Source of the DNA: Kudoa neothunni
Lineage: Eukaryota; Animalia; Cnidaria
DNA length: 64,000 bases
NCBI GenBank assembly: GCA_964304625.1
Contig: OZ199838.1
Span: 5,996,443 to 6,060,442 of the forward strand
Direction of reading: 5' to 3'
Made by a program: the position numbers and the translations under genes. The notes under the pieces were generated by a model. The model saw nothing but the letters and a program-made list of their open reading frames with translations. It was not told where the DNA came from and made no database searches. Positions 51,642 to 64,000 of the stretch are shown here, in pieces; within the stretch, counting starts at the first letter, position 1; each line of letters opens with the position of its first letter.

Positions 51642-53651
51642 ATGATTGTCGCATTTATATTTCTCACGTTATTCTATAGGGGTAATATTTTGTGACACGG
51701 AGATGTCTAATTAGTCATATAGTTCAACTCCACAGATATCACATCATAAGAAATAACGATTTGCAAAACAATGTCATCCACTTGACTCTAGAAGGAAATC
51801 CCAACCATCAATGTCACATCAAATTATTCACGAAATCTGAAGATCATTATTATTATAAAGATGTGAGTTGTCATAATAAAAGGATCTGTGAGGTTCCTTG
51901 CAACGGAGAGTACACTATTTCTACCGATACTATTGCTCCTCACCACTATTTGCAAATAGCTTCTAAAGCCAAGACAGACTACCTCAAAGTTGCTCACAGT
52001 AGATTTGCGATGAGTTAAGTACTTGGTTTAATTTTCTGTAGGCACCTCATCCATACCTTTCTCCAAATATTTCTTTGATAGTACGACTGTGTCGTTTGTC
52101 AATAAACACTTATGTAGGGATTCGTCCAAACCTGTTTGTTATATAAGATCCGGCCAGTTTGTTGTTTCGAGTTACTCCCACGATTCGCATCCTGAATGTG
52201 GCGGTGAGTACATTCTAAGCTCATACTATAATATTTACAACAAACCCCTTGAACTCTTTTGTGGCCCACACTATCCCAAAATTTTCTTCGATAAGAATCT
52301 GCTACTAAACAACAAACAAAACCTACTAAACCGATACCCTGTGCGAATTTCTACAAATACAACTAATACAAAAATAGACATCAAATTTGATGAACCTATT
52401 CTAGATACTATTTGCAGATTCGAAATTGCCAAAAAAGATGATTCACTCAGTTCTAAATGTGAAGTGAATACCGATGCAGATAACTGTTATCAATCATGTC
52501 AAAATGTTACTATGGAACTGACTCATACATCTACAAGTGATAAAATAGTGAAAGTTAAAATATCTGCCAGAGATACGACAACTCAGCCTTTAATGATGGC
52601 AAGTAATTTTAAGATTCTAATAACTTTTTCTGAATTTTTATTAGCCGATAAAAACGATATTGAAATAGCATCAATTACTAAATCTTCAGCCACTCTCAAG
52701 GTTTCTACATTCTATACCGCCAATGCCCAATGCAAGGTACAATTGTTTTTTCAAGAAAATTATGTGGAAGTAGAAGCAAAACGTGTAGGATTAGAGGGTC
52801 GAACTAGCTTTAGTTCATGCCAGACTGATATAAAATTAGTTTCACTTATTGCAGATACAAAATATGTTGTAAGTGTGCAGTACAAAGCCCAATCTACTGA
52901 CACTGACATAATACACATAAATAAAATGTTTCAAACTCGTATGACAAAGAATTCTGATTAGAATGTTATAATATTTTTAATAGCTAAATTGGATGCTTTT
53001 ACTCCGGATTATACGATTTATCCTCATAATGTTGTCATCAATCCGCAACCCATATGGATAGAAGATTATCAAGCAGAATGCATGATTATGCAAAAACTAG
53101 GAACTACAGGAGAATTCATTGGATCGACATGTGAGGAATCCTTAAACTGTTTGGGTTTGTGCAGCTCAGTATTTACCGTGACAAGTTTGAAACCAGGAAC
53201 AGATTACACATTTAAAGTTGTTCCTTTAAGTTTATATGCGGTCTCAGATACTTTAACCAAAATTGTCCAAACAAGTATAACCTAAATATTAATAACATTT
53301 ATATTATTTTTAGTGTCCGAGTTTATAAAAGTAAACGTTCAGTACAAATGGACAGACAATAATTTAGAAATATCAACTGAAGTAAAGGTTAAAACGGATG
53401 GAATATGTGACCTTATGTTTGTGGATAAATCCGTAGAAAATGAGGTTAAAATACTCGCAGTTTATGACGAAAAAAATGATTGGAATGAATCATGCAACAC
53501 TATAATAACATTCTTTGATGTTCCTGAATACAAATCGGCTACTGTGATCGTAAAACCAAGATATAGAGGAGAACCAACAGAGTTAAACCTCTTCGAGTCA
53601 CCTACCACTACTGATACCCCAGATCAAACAACAAAATCAACGGAAGCATAA
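51642..53651 (+). CDS. Gene A copy 2: secreted Cys-rich FN3-like repeat protein
   Basis: Same exon structure as 39636-41650 and an intact frame. Confidence 0.85.
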
Positions 53652-54644
53652 TATATTGACGATATATTATGCGAAAATGATATTTTTTTAGAAATAAGAT
53701 GCAAATTAATATTATTCTGAATTTTCAACAAATTTTTTCGAATTATAGTTAAAATTATTTCGTCCAATATTATGTTATGACTTTTGAGAATTTAGGTTTT
53801 TTCCTTGCAAAACTATATAAAAATTATAATATTATGTTATTAGTATGCGAAGTTTATGTATGGAAATTTTTTATTTTCAACATTACAAACAACTTTAATG
53901 ACCAGTCTATCAGTTTAATGAGATATATTTTTTGTCACATTAAAGAAATTAAAAAATTTACTACATTAATTTATATGAAAGACGTAAATATTTTATAATA
54001 ATAATAATTCCCATAAACTTATAACTATTAAACACATATTTAAAAAATGGGACTCAGTATTAAATAAAATATACACTGTAAGAATGCATTACTTTTTTCA
54101 TATTTTATTGGTAAATTAATCACATTTTTATTCTCACTATCGAAATAAATTTTAATATTTTTTTTAAATATGTCGTTTATTGAGATTTAATTTAGCTTAT
54201 TGATTTAGTGGTAATCATATCATACATAATGATTAGTTTCTACATTAATTATTTTGTGAGCCTTAAAAGAGATATTTATATGAAAAGTTATTTTTAAAAC
54301 TATAAGGATAAATGTTTAAGCTTATAAGGATTTAAATTTAAAGATTTTTAAAAATAAACATGAGGAACAAATAAATTGTGATATATTAAATTTCTATGAT
54401 TTTGGAAGACTTTATTTGTCATCCCTAAGATCGATTAACAAGGATTTTGTAGTTATGCTGCAAGTGTATTATTATTATTGTTAGCATCGACGTGAAAATA
54501 ACAGATAAACTTTTAGATTACAATAAAATGTACAATTTTTTAAACTAAATAATGAGATAGAATTTTGAAAATTGTTGTGTAAATTAACTCGTGAGAAGCA
54601 GATAACTTTTTTCTTTTTGATAGTACTTCGTTTTCATTTGAATT

Positions 54645-56075
54645 GTATTCTTAACGGCATGACGAATTTTTATATGTACATGATAAAAAAAGTCAAAAAA
54701 CCAACTATCGAGATGTAAGGTAAGAACATGTAAGTGGCGAATAAAAACAAATAATTCAAGTGATATGATTTTCATACAAGAGTCAGGATTACATAATCAC
54801 GTTACGTCAGAAACGGGTATTGAAAATATTAAGCTTAATTTTAAAATTAAGGAAATTACACAGTCGACACAATATTCTACCCGAAAAGTTTTTACCTTGG
54901 TTACAGTAAATGAAAATCTAAATAATTAACAAACAAAAAAAATATTTATAAAAAATACAAAATGAAAGAAAAAGGGGGAATATTACAATATCGAATATTT
55001 TAAATCTTTGTGAAAACCATGTAAGTACGTTAAGAGGTGAAAAATTCTGCTTTTATGACTCTAACCCGAGTGATAGTCAGCGAATTGTAATTTTTACAAC
55101 AAAGGAGAACATTGAACATTTCAATGATTCAATGGTGATGGTAACAGATGGAACTTTTGATGTCGTTCCTAAAGAGTTTTTACAGCTCTACGCCCTTAAT
55201 GGAAGTATCATAGATAATTTTTCCCTCTGGTTTTTGTTTTAATGAAAATAAAAAATCTAGAATCTTTCAATACATTAATGAACATATTAAGTAATCAAAT
55301 TAATATAAAAATTCCACATAGTATAATTATGGATTTTGAATATGCATCTTTTTGTGCTTTTAAAAATGCATCAAAATTTTCAACCATCTATTTTTGTACT
55401 TTTCATTTAGAACAGTGTGTTTGGAAGAAAGCGCAAAAATTTATGACAACAATTTACAAAAATAATGTGGAATTTAGACTTTTAATTAAATCTCTTACTT
55501 CGTTGGCATTCGTTCCTGAGGAGAATATTTTAAAAGAATATGAAAAATTGAAGATAGAACCTAGGAAAGTAACTGAAATATCATTAAGGCTATTTATAGA
55601 TTATTTCAGAAAAAAATTTCCTATATGGAGGTAAGTATCCTATACCGGCTTGGAACTCGTACAAAAGAGTAATGGAAAATTTACCCTCAGCCTCGAACAA
55701 TGCGGGAAACTTTCATAAATGTTTTAAAGCATTATTCGAACAGTCGCATTTAGGACTGAATAATTTGGTGTAAAAGCTGCAAGAATATCAGCGACAACGA
55801 GAAAGAAATAGAAGGTCTAATGTCTAATCCATTGAATAATTCCACCACGAATAAAACCCATGACAAAATGAAAAAAATAAAAGTGGTGTGCGAAAATTAT
55901 AAGCGCTACTACGGATTATTTTATGTTAAGACATTAGCCAACCTGTATAATTGGTGTATCAATCAGAATATTTATTTTACGTAATTATGTTAGTTTGCCA
56001 CAAAAAATTGTTTTTTCTGTTATTCCAACCTATCATGGTCAACAAGGAACGTTCGGCAAAATTTCTCCTCACGGT
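54645..56075 (+). mobile_element. Decayed MULE (Mutator-like) transposon present only in duplication copy 2
   Basis: Motifs DGTFDVVPKEFLQLY, FPLVFVLM, IIMDFE, CTFHLEQCVWKK and SLAFVP. The flanks join seamlessly in copy 1 near 42635-42645. Ends are approximate. Confidence 0.85.
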
Positions 56076-56870
56076 TCATAACATATAATTCCACTTAACA
56101 ACTAAAATTCATAGTTTTGATAGTCAAAAAATTAAGTTGAAAATTTTAACGATCTCGGTTACAAAATTTTCCATTTACTGAAAAGTTATTCATGTAAACT
56201 TTAGATATCTATTATATAAAAATCTGAGATCTGATTAAAGTACTTGCATTATAAAAATTGTATTTTTATATAATAAACAGAAAAATTATCGTATATAATG
56301 GAAGATACCACCTTTTTCCTAATAATTTAATTATATAAATAATTAAATTTTGAAAATTTCCTTAATAAATCTATGAAATATTTACTTTATTAAGCTTACA
56401 AATACTTAAATGAAGTATATAAAAATTACAAGAGATTAAAATAATTAAAGGAATATAATTTTTTATTTCAATCGGTTGCAAATAAATTAAATGATTCATC
56501 TTATTTTATTAAAACTTACATTAGTTTGTTTCACGTTAAAATAATATGAATTAGGAACATATTTAAAAATTTATTATATTTGGATACTTTAATTATTAAA
56601 AAAATAATTTATTGAGCAAGAAATATCAATTTTAAGTAGCAAGAAATTTAGGCTTGGTATATACCTAATGTTTTTCGTTTTATCTCTAATGAATTAAGGA
56701 AAATTTAGACGGAGGTTTAGGTGCTTAATTCATTACTATTTAATTAGTTATGAATTCAATCGTTTATAATCCATGAATGAAAAGGAACGATTCCCGTGGT
56801 ATTTCTAATCGTATTTAATCATAAGTTGTATTAAATTATTGTATTTATTAAGACAAAATAAACAATAAGG

Positions 56871-59127
56871 ATGATAATAATTACTTTTTTATTTTTTACA
56901 CTGTGTTGCAGAAGTACAATTTGAATTGTGGATTTTAGTCACATTTTTTAGTTCGCTCGCATAAATACTACGTGGAACGCGACCAATTAAATTCAGAGGA
57001 TCTAATCCATCTTAAACTTGAAGGAAATTCAGGAAGGAAATGCGAAATTAGACTATTAGACAAGAATAATCATTTCTACAACTATGTGCATAGTGGTGAA
57101 ATGGAAAATGATGTTCACACCATTCCTTGCAATGGAAGATACATCATTTCAACTGGAACTGCCTCTCCTATATACTATGTACAAATAAAATCAAAATCTG
57201 AAATTGAGACACTCAAAGTGGTTCATAGTAAATCGCTTTTTTATGTTTGAATTTAATATTTCATTAGCATTGGATAAGACACCTGAAACTGAATTCAAAG
57301 TAAATGCTGACTCGATTGAGTTCACAACCAAAAATATCTGTAGTCATCCTCAAACTTGCACACTAACCAGTGGAGATAAAATACTTGATAAATTCATCCC
57401 CAAAAATGACACTGAATGCAACGCTGAAACTAAACTCACAGGGTTCTTCGATTCAGTAAAGGCTGACTCAGTCAAACTATCTTGTGGGAGCAACCAACCA
57501 AATATCCACATGTATAAACAAAACAACAAAATTGTGGAGTTTAATCCATTGGAAAAATATCCCTATCGCATAAGCAAAAAAGGCACTGATAACAACAAGA
57601 TTACAATTACTTTCGACGAAGATATTCCAGATGAAATTTGCTTGTTTGAAATAAAAAAAAAGAGTGCAAGCGGTGACTTTACAAAAAGATGCTCTGTTCC
57701 TAGCGAAGGGGATTGTTATCAATTATGCGCTGAAGTTACCATGGATCTTGAAAATGTTAGTGGAACAGATAAAGACTTTAAAGTAAAAGTATCGACTAGA
57801 AATCATTCTGGTGAAGAAAAAACTTTAAGACGTAAAATATAATTTGAAATACTTTAAATTTAAAAAAAAATAGTTGGAAAAGGTGACCTTCCAGTCCAAC
57901 CTAAAGAAACGTCTGCAGCTATCTCTGTTGGCACTCTAAAAGAAGCTACAGGTATTACAACTTGCACAATTGAAGTGAGGAAACAAGAATACCCAAAGAT
58001 CACTATTGATGCTAAGTGTGACGCAGAATTAAAGAACCCATGCCCAGCGACTTGCCCAGAAACCGCAACTATTTATGGGTTGGAACAAAACACCAAATAC
58101 ATTGTGAAAGTAACCTATGCTGGTGGTAGTGAATCCTACATTGCAGAGAAACTCTTTACAACAGGTAATAAAAGAACTAAATTATTTACCTCATCCGAAT
58201 TTAGATAGCTATAACATGACACAAGCACCGGTGATAACATCGTACTACGAGCACGTAAAAATGACCATAGCGCCAAAAACTACTTTGTTTGACGGGGTTT
58301 ATTGCAAAATTCTGCAAAAATTGAATGGCCAAAATGATTTCAGCCCATCTGAATGTGAGGAGTCAATTGACTGCTATAGTTTATGTGGAGAACCGATGAC
58401 AATCAAAAATCTTTTATCTGATACCGAATATCAATTCAAATATTTTTTCGACAAATACGTTGGTGACTTGCCTAAAAACATAGTGACTGTTAAAACCAGT
58501 AAAAATAACTCAAGTATACACGAATAAAACTGATTAAGGTGATAAACTCGAAAAACTCAACGTGACATACGCATGGAGAGGTTCCGATTTAATCGTAACA
58601 ACAAACTTGGAGTCATCAGAAGAAAAACATATCTGTGACTTTACATTTGTAGACACTATGGAAGGGGACATAAATTTCGTTTTTGGGATATATGATAAAA
58701 CCACCGATTGGGATGGCAAATGCAACAAGGAAGTCACTTTTTACAACGCTCTGTCCTATAAACAAGGATTAATGAAAGTACAAGCAAGATATGTCAGTGA
58801 GCCAGTCATAGTTGATTTTTCTGCCCCAATAACCCAAGAACAAAAGGATTTGGTTAATCCTGAAACTAATGAACACGGTAAACTTTTTTAATGAGGGTTA
58901 GATAATCCAATAATAATTCTGTAGGAACATCTGATGGGTAAACTCATATTATATTATTTGATTAGTTTATACTAACTATAATTTAGTGCTTCTACTGGCG
59001 GAACTAAAGTTATGTAATTTAATTGGTGTGATTCAAACATTCAATGTTGTTTAGGCTGGTTGTTGGTGGAGTTATTATAGCCCTGCTTGTGTGTGTCATT
59101 GGTTTTATGGTATTCAGGAAGAAATAG
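56871..59127 (+). CDS. Gene B copy 2: type I membrane Cys-rich FN3-like repeat protein
   Basis: Same exon structure as 43342-45598, an intact frame and an identical TM/RKK tail. Confidence 0.87.
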
Positions 59128-61276
59128 ATGAGTTCAATTCTTCCATAGATCTTTCTTAAAATGGCGAACACATACAGGAACCGAATACACACTTATTTGT
59201 AGTCGTCTGATTATTATTATTATTATTGTTACTTTTAATTTTGTGAGATGGGATTATTTCAAACATGTTTCATGCTGATTATAGGATATTATTATTTCTT
59301 TAATCAGTAAAATTTTGTATTAATCAAACATGATTTATATCATCAAATACTAAAAATTATTAGACGTCTTTTCTCGGTCTTTGATTCGTAATTGCTCTGA
59401 TATTGCACGACTTCAACTCAATTTTTTGTATTAAATTATTTTTAAATAACAATTTTGTAATAAAATAATGTTAGTTTTTAAAGATGTTTAGTAATTTATT
59501 TTAATTAATTTGATTAAAATATTTTTTTATTTGTAAATAATTGTTGACCTTATAAAACATTGAGTTATCAAAAAACAGGGTGAGATATTAAATTTTAATA
59601 ATTATTCAGCTTAATTATGATCGATAAAAATTATAACGAATACTTTAATTATTTTTCATTAGTCGAACAGCATTAAATCATTTATTAGCCCAAAAAACAA
59701 GAAATATTATACCGTACAATATCGATTTTACATAATTTCACTTCTTTGTTTGCAAATACATAAATAATGAATTCAAAACTATTTTGATAGTTATGAGAGA
59801 TTGATTATACACAATTGTTATTAAAAGGAAGTGGCTATTGACACGGATCATAATATCCAGGTAGGTATAGTTTTGACCGCATTTAATTATTTTTGGACCC
59901 AAGAAGCGGTAGCGAAGGGCCAAAAACAATTAAATACCACAGATTCTAAAAAATAAGCTTTATTGGTCAACTATAAATAGGAGTTACCGGATTAAAACTT
60001 GCGTGTCAATTGCCAGTGCCCTATTAAAAATTACAAAAATATGTATTTTCGACATTATGTTATTTTTTGGCTACCATCTTAATATTTAAACATTTTTATT
60101 TTAATTACTTATATTTCTGATAATTCCAAAACTTATTTCAATATATAATAATGTCTATTATTATATACTTTTCAATAATTTGGCAAAGAAGCTACTTAAA
60201 CTAATTCTGTTACTATTCACCAATTTAATATTCTTTATACTTAAACTTTGTAGAACGTCTATAGTAAGATAAAATAATTAACTTATCCATTTAAAACAAG
60301 GCTGGCTTAATCCACACAATCTAACAAATAATGAAATCGATAAATTAATCAAAAAATGATTTTAATGTTATGTCCTATGATTTATCATATTAATTAAAAG
60401 CTAGTAAACATATTTTTATAAAAGATAATATAATCATACACAAAAAATGAGGAACGGAGTCCACATGAATCAATTCGTGACTTTTGGGTGATTCCGACTA
60501 TAAAATAGCCCTTTAATGTAAGAACGATCCTTTTAGGCATTCACAACTCTTACCAACTCTGGATCTTCAAAATGAGTGCTATTGTTAAGGGATATTATTA
60601 TAATTTTTTGTCCAATTTAGACAAAACTGCGTTATTTTGGAATTAAACCACGGTAAATTTATTCATATAATAAACATGGATTTTTTAAGATAAAATTCGT
60701 TCCATATCCTGATTTTAAATAACATCTACATAAAATCTCCCAAACTAATTTTTTATGCGTATTAATATGTCTATCTTTTTATTAATCATCTAAAGAAGAA
60801 TAATATAAGATTTTAAAAACATGAAAAATAAGCGTATTTAATTATAGTCAAATAATTAAGCGTAAAGGAGATGCTGAATTATTTAGAGGATATTTTTTAA
60901 AATAATTATTTGAAAAAAATATAAATATACTTTGGGGGTGTTAAAACCACCATATAATTAAATTATATATCACTCCTATATTTTTCATAAAGTTAAACGT
61001 GTTATTTATAACCTCTCAATCAACGGAAAACTATCCTTTAAATCTCAAATAACAATATCCTTTACGCCAATAAAAGTAAATTGAACACAGGGAATAATTA
61101 GACGCGCGAGAAAATAAGCTGGCGACTTCGTTAGGAGCACATATGGACCCCAACCAATACCATAAAAGTTAAAATCGTCTGTATGAAATAAAAAGATGAA
61201 ATGCTAACAAAATATCATCGAAAATGAAACCTACTAAGACTAGGCGAAAAGCTAATTAACATGAATGTTAACACAC

Positions 61277-62835
61277 CTAATGAACAGAAGTGTAACAAGG
61301 GGAGTTAATCACGACATCATGTATGGCTTTTGCGACGTATTCTACGTTTTTAGGAGTAAGTCCACATACGTTGATTCTACCATTTTTAGTGAGGTAAATG
61401 TGATGCTTTTCAGCAAGCAAGTCCACTTGATTTTCTAAAATCATCATCTTAAAAAACTGGAAACTAATCGTTAAAATACTATTGAGACCAGTGAACGAGA
61501 AAAGACCTCTTTGTTTTACGATATGAGACCAATCGCCGGGAGTGCCAAGTGATAGAAGACGGTCGTGTAATTGTTTTCTCATTTCTAATATTCTTGAGGT
61601 CATAATATTTAAATCTGATTTCCTACATCGAAAAAATAAAATTAAAAACTCTAAAATATGCATATTTACCATTGAGATTGATTCTCAGCAGATGAAAGAA
61701 CATTAGAAACAATTCTAGCTCCATGTGAAGGAGGATTTGAGTAAGTGTTTCTTGCGATTATTTTCATTTGGTTCTTAACCACGCTAAGGGCACCATCATG
61801 ATTTATAAAAGCAAGGCAGCCAATTCTTTCATCTAACAGAACTCTTAATCAACTACAATCTCCATAGCAGAAGCTTACTGTAAAGCCCCATAATTTTTGC
61901 AAAAGATAAAGCAACAAACATCTCATGCCCATCCTCAGCAAATTTTCTCACAGGATAAGCATCTGAATCGATATCACCAGAACAGAACCCCAAATAAGCA
62001 CAGTCGAAAAATGGGAAAAGTTGTTTCCTCATAAAAATCTCCGACAATTCATCCCATTGTTCAGGTGTGGGATCAACTCCAGTTGGATTATGCCCTGAAC
62101 CATGGAGGACTACCACACTGTTTGGTTGAGCATTCTAATATGAATAACACAATCAAAAATAAAATTTAAACCACCAAATTAATTATAACCTCCAAGTCGT
62201 TTTTCATCTGATCAAAATCCAAAAGATTGGTTTTAGTGTCGAAGTATGTGTACATGTCGTATTTAGGAAAACCAGCGAATTGGGAAAGAGTGTAATGAAT
62301 AGCTAATCGTTATTCCAATTCATAACCAATTACAAACAAGTTAGATATCACCCCATGTTGGATTGGATAGGTATATGTTTTCAAAGTGTTGGTATTTCTT
62401 TAGATATTCGAATCCGATGCGACAAGCACCAGTTCCTGACAACGTCTGTATTCCATCTACCTACAAATTGGAGATCATTCCAAAGTTTATTTACGTCGAA
62501 ATTCCTTCTGTTACATTTTTATTACGTATAACTTTATGTTCAGATCCGAAGATCAAAGGTAGGCAACCTGTAACAAAGTTTGGATCACCAGATATTGGTA
62601 GATATTCTTTGTTGAGTGATTTATCGATAGCGATTTCCATTTCGACTTTTCTAACCACAGGCAATACCCAAGGTTTGCCGTTTTCATCTTGATAAGCACC
62701 AACACCGAGGTTTACCTTAGTGGGGGAGGTGTCTTTTTTGAAATTTTCCGTGATCGAGAAAACTGGATCTAATGGAGGTGGGATCCGATTTTTGAAAAAA
62801 CTCATTTTGCGTAATGCAAATCTTGGAAACAGCAT
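61277..62835 (-). CDS. GOT1: Aspartate aminotransferase, cytosolic (GOT1)-type sequence, multi-exon
   Basis: KVNLGVGAY, KPWVLPVVRK, QTLSGTGA, HNPTGVDP, FFDCAY, SFAK (PLP lysine), RNTYSNPP, GTPGDWSHI and HIYL...GRINVCGLT. Confidence 0.9.
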
Positions 62836-64000
62836 GGGAATCAGATTTAATGCGATAACCTTAATGATGACGACAACAACAACACTTAAGTTGGTATTCT
62901 ATGAATAAGCGTGGGCTGCGTTTAGTTTGCTAGCGGTTTAACCGACAAAGTTCACGAAAATTAAATCTCCTACTGCCTTCTATCTGGGAAAACTAGTTTT
63001 AATATTAAGCTTTTTTAAGTCATGTTTAGTTCTAATGCTGAGATGTCACGTAATAGTCGCCTGCCACGTTGCAATACCTGAGTGGCTATCTCAGTTTATT
63101 TAATATTGTTCATTAAAACAATGATACACCAAGATAAATGGATAAAAGTTGTCACCTAGCCTTGAATACAACAAGACTCAAATCACTGAGCGTTTATATA
63201 ATATACTACCACAACTTACGATTGTTACATGATTATGCAATAAAGAAAAGTTACTTAACTGAGGACATAAAATTTTCTATATTAGTCATAAATTTTATTT
63301 TCATTAATTAAAATTTCAACCTAGATGATTAAAATGAGGAAATTTATGCAAGTTTCTAGTTCAATTGACTTATCGACTGTCATCGTTTGTTGTCGTAATG
63401 CTTTTTTTATAAAAATTCGATCGATATTTTTTGTTGCGCACTTCATAAATTGTGATAAGTGTCACGTTTTTTAATTTGTTTACTCTATGTCCGTGAGAGT
63501 TTGGTTAGAATTCTATAATTTTTCAGCGCTCGAATTTCGCTCAATGCACCTTATGTTGACTTTATTCCCTTACGGAAGTTGTCGGTGTAGCATAAGCTTG
63601 TTTTTAATGGCAGTTAAAATTTAATTAAATTTGAAATATTGTATTTGGTGATAGAATTGTCAGGTATGAAGATAAAAAGACGGAAAAACCCTCTCTAAAC
63701 GATGAGGTTAGCATAATAATTCGCAATGGAGGAAAAACTTAGATTGTTAAACTTTCGCATTGCTACATACGTAGGTGGTATGTTTTTAACACATTGGGGT
63801 CCGTGGAAAGTCGCAACAAAAGCGTTACCTAGCTACCAAGAGGATTAATATATGGGAGTGATGCCGCGAAGCCAATTTTTCTCGTTTTTTTAATTTCTGT
63901 CGAATTTTTAATATATTAAATGAGCTTAGTTTACTGTTATATGTTACAATTTTTATTTTTTGCGTGTTTCATATATTGAAGCCAAAATCAACTTTAGGAG

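Larger units (their letters stand above)
51230..59382 (+). repeat. Segmental duplication, copy 2 (gene A + gene B cassette, with a MULE insertion)
   Basis: Collinear with 39230-45856, with an extra ~1.4 kb at about 54645-56075. Confidence 0.95.

Noticed and set aside
1-64000. CRISPR arrays, rRNA, tRNA or prokaryotic operons
   Set aside because: None seen. The DNA is intron-containing and eukaryotic, and the recurring ggggtc/gacccc palindromes are piggyBac subterminal motifs.

Overview
This is AT-rich eukaryotic nuclear DNA with compact genes and many very short GT-AG introns (mostly about 38-55 nt). The highly divergent metazoan-type genes and tiny introns suggest a reduced animal parasite such as a myxozoan cnidarian, but that is inference. 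The ORF track is fragmented by the introns, so I spliced the gene models by hand. Housekeeping genes found: DNAJB12/14 (partial), dolichol kinase, a C-terminally truncated Ku80, endonuclease G, a 20-exon alpha-catenin-family gene, a CNNM metal transporter and aspartate aminotransferase. Intergenic DNA is full of DNA-transposon relics: piggyBac, hAT, Tc1/mariner, a pogo-like MITE, MULE and Helitrons. Two observations stand out. (1) The alpha-catenin carries an insert of about 330 aa with two ILEI/PANDER-like repeats between the M region and the actin-binding tail, on a cassette bounded by phase-1 introns. (2) A tandemly duplicated two-gene cassette encodes a secreted and a membrane-anchored paralogue of a Cys-rich FN3-like six-module protein. 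The copies are nearly identical except for sharply bounded hypervariable patches, which makes this a candidate variant surface-antigen/decoy system shaped by gene conversion.
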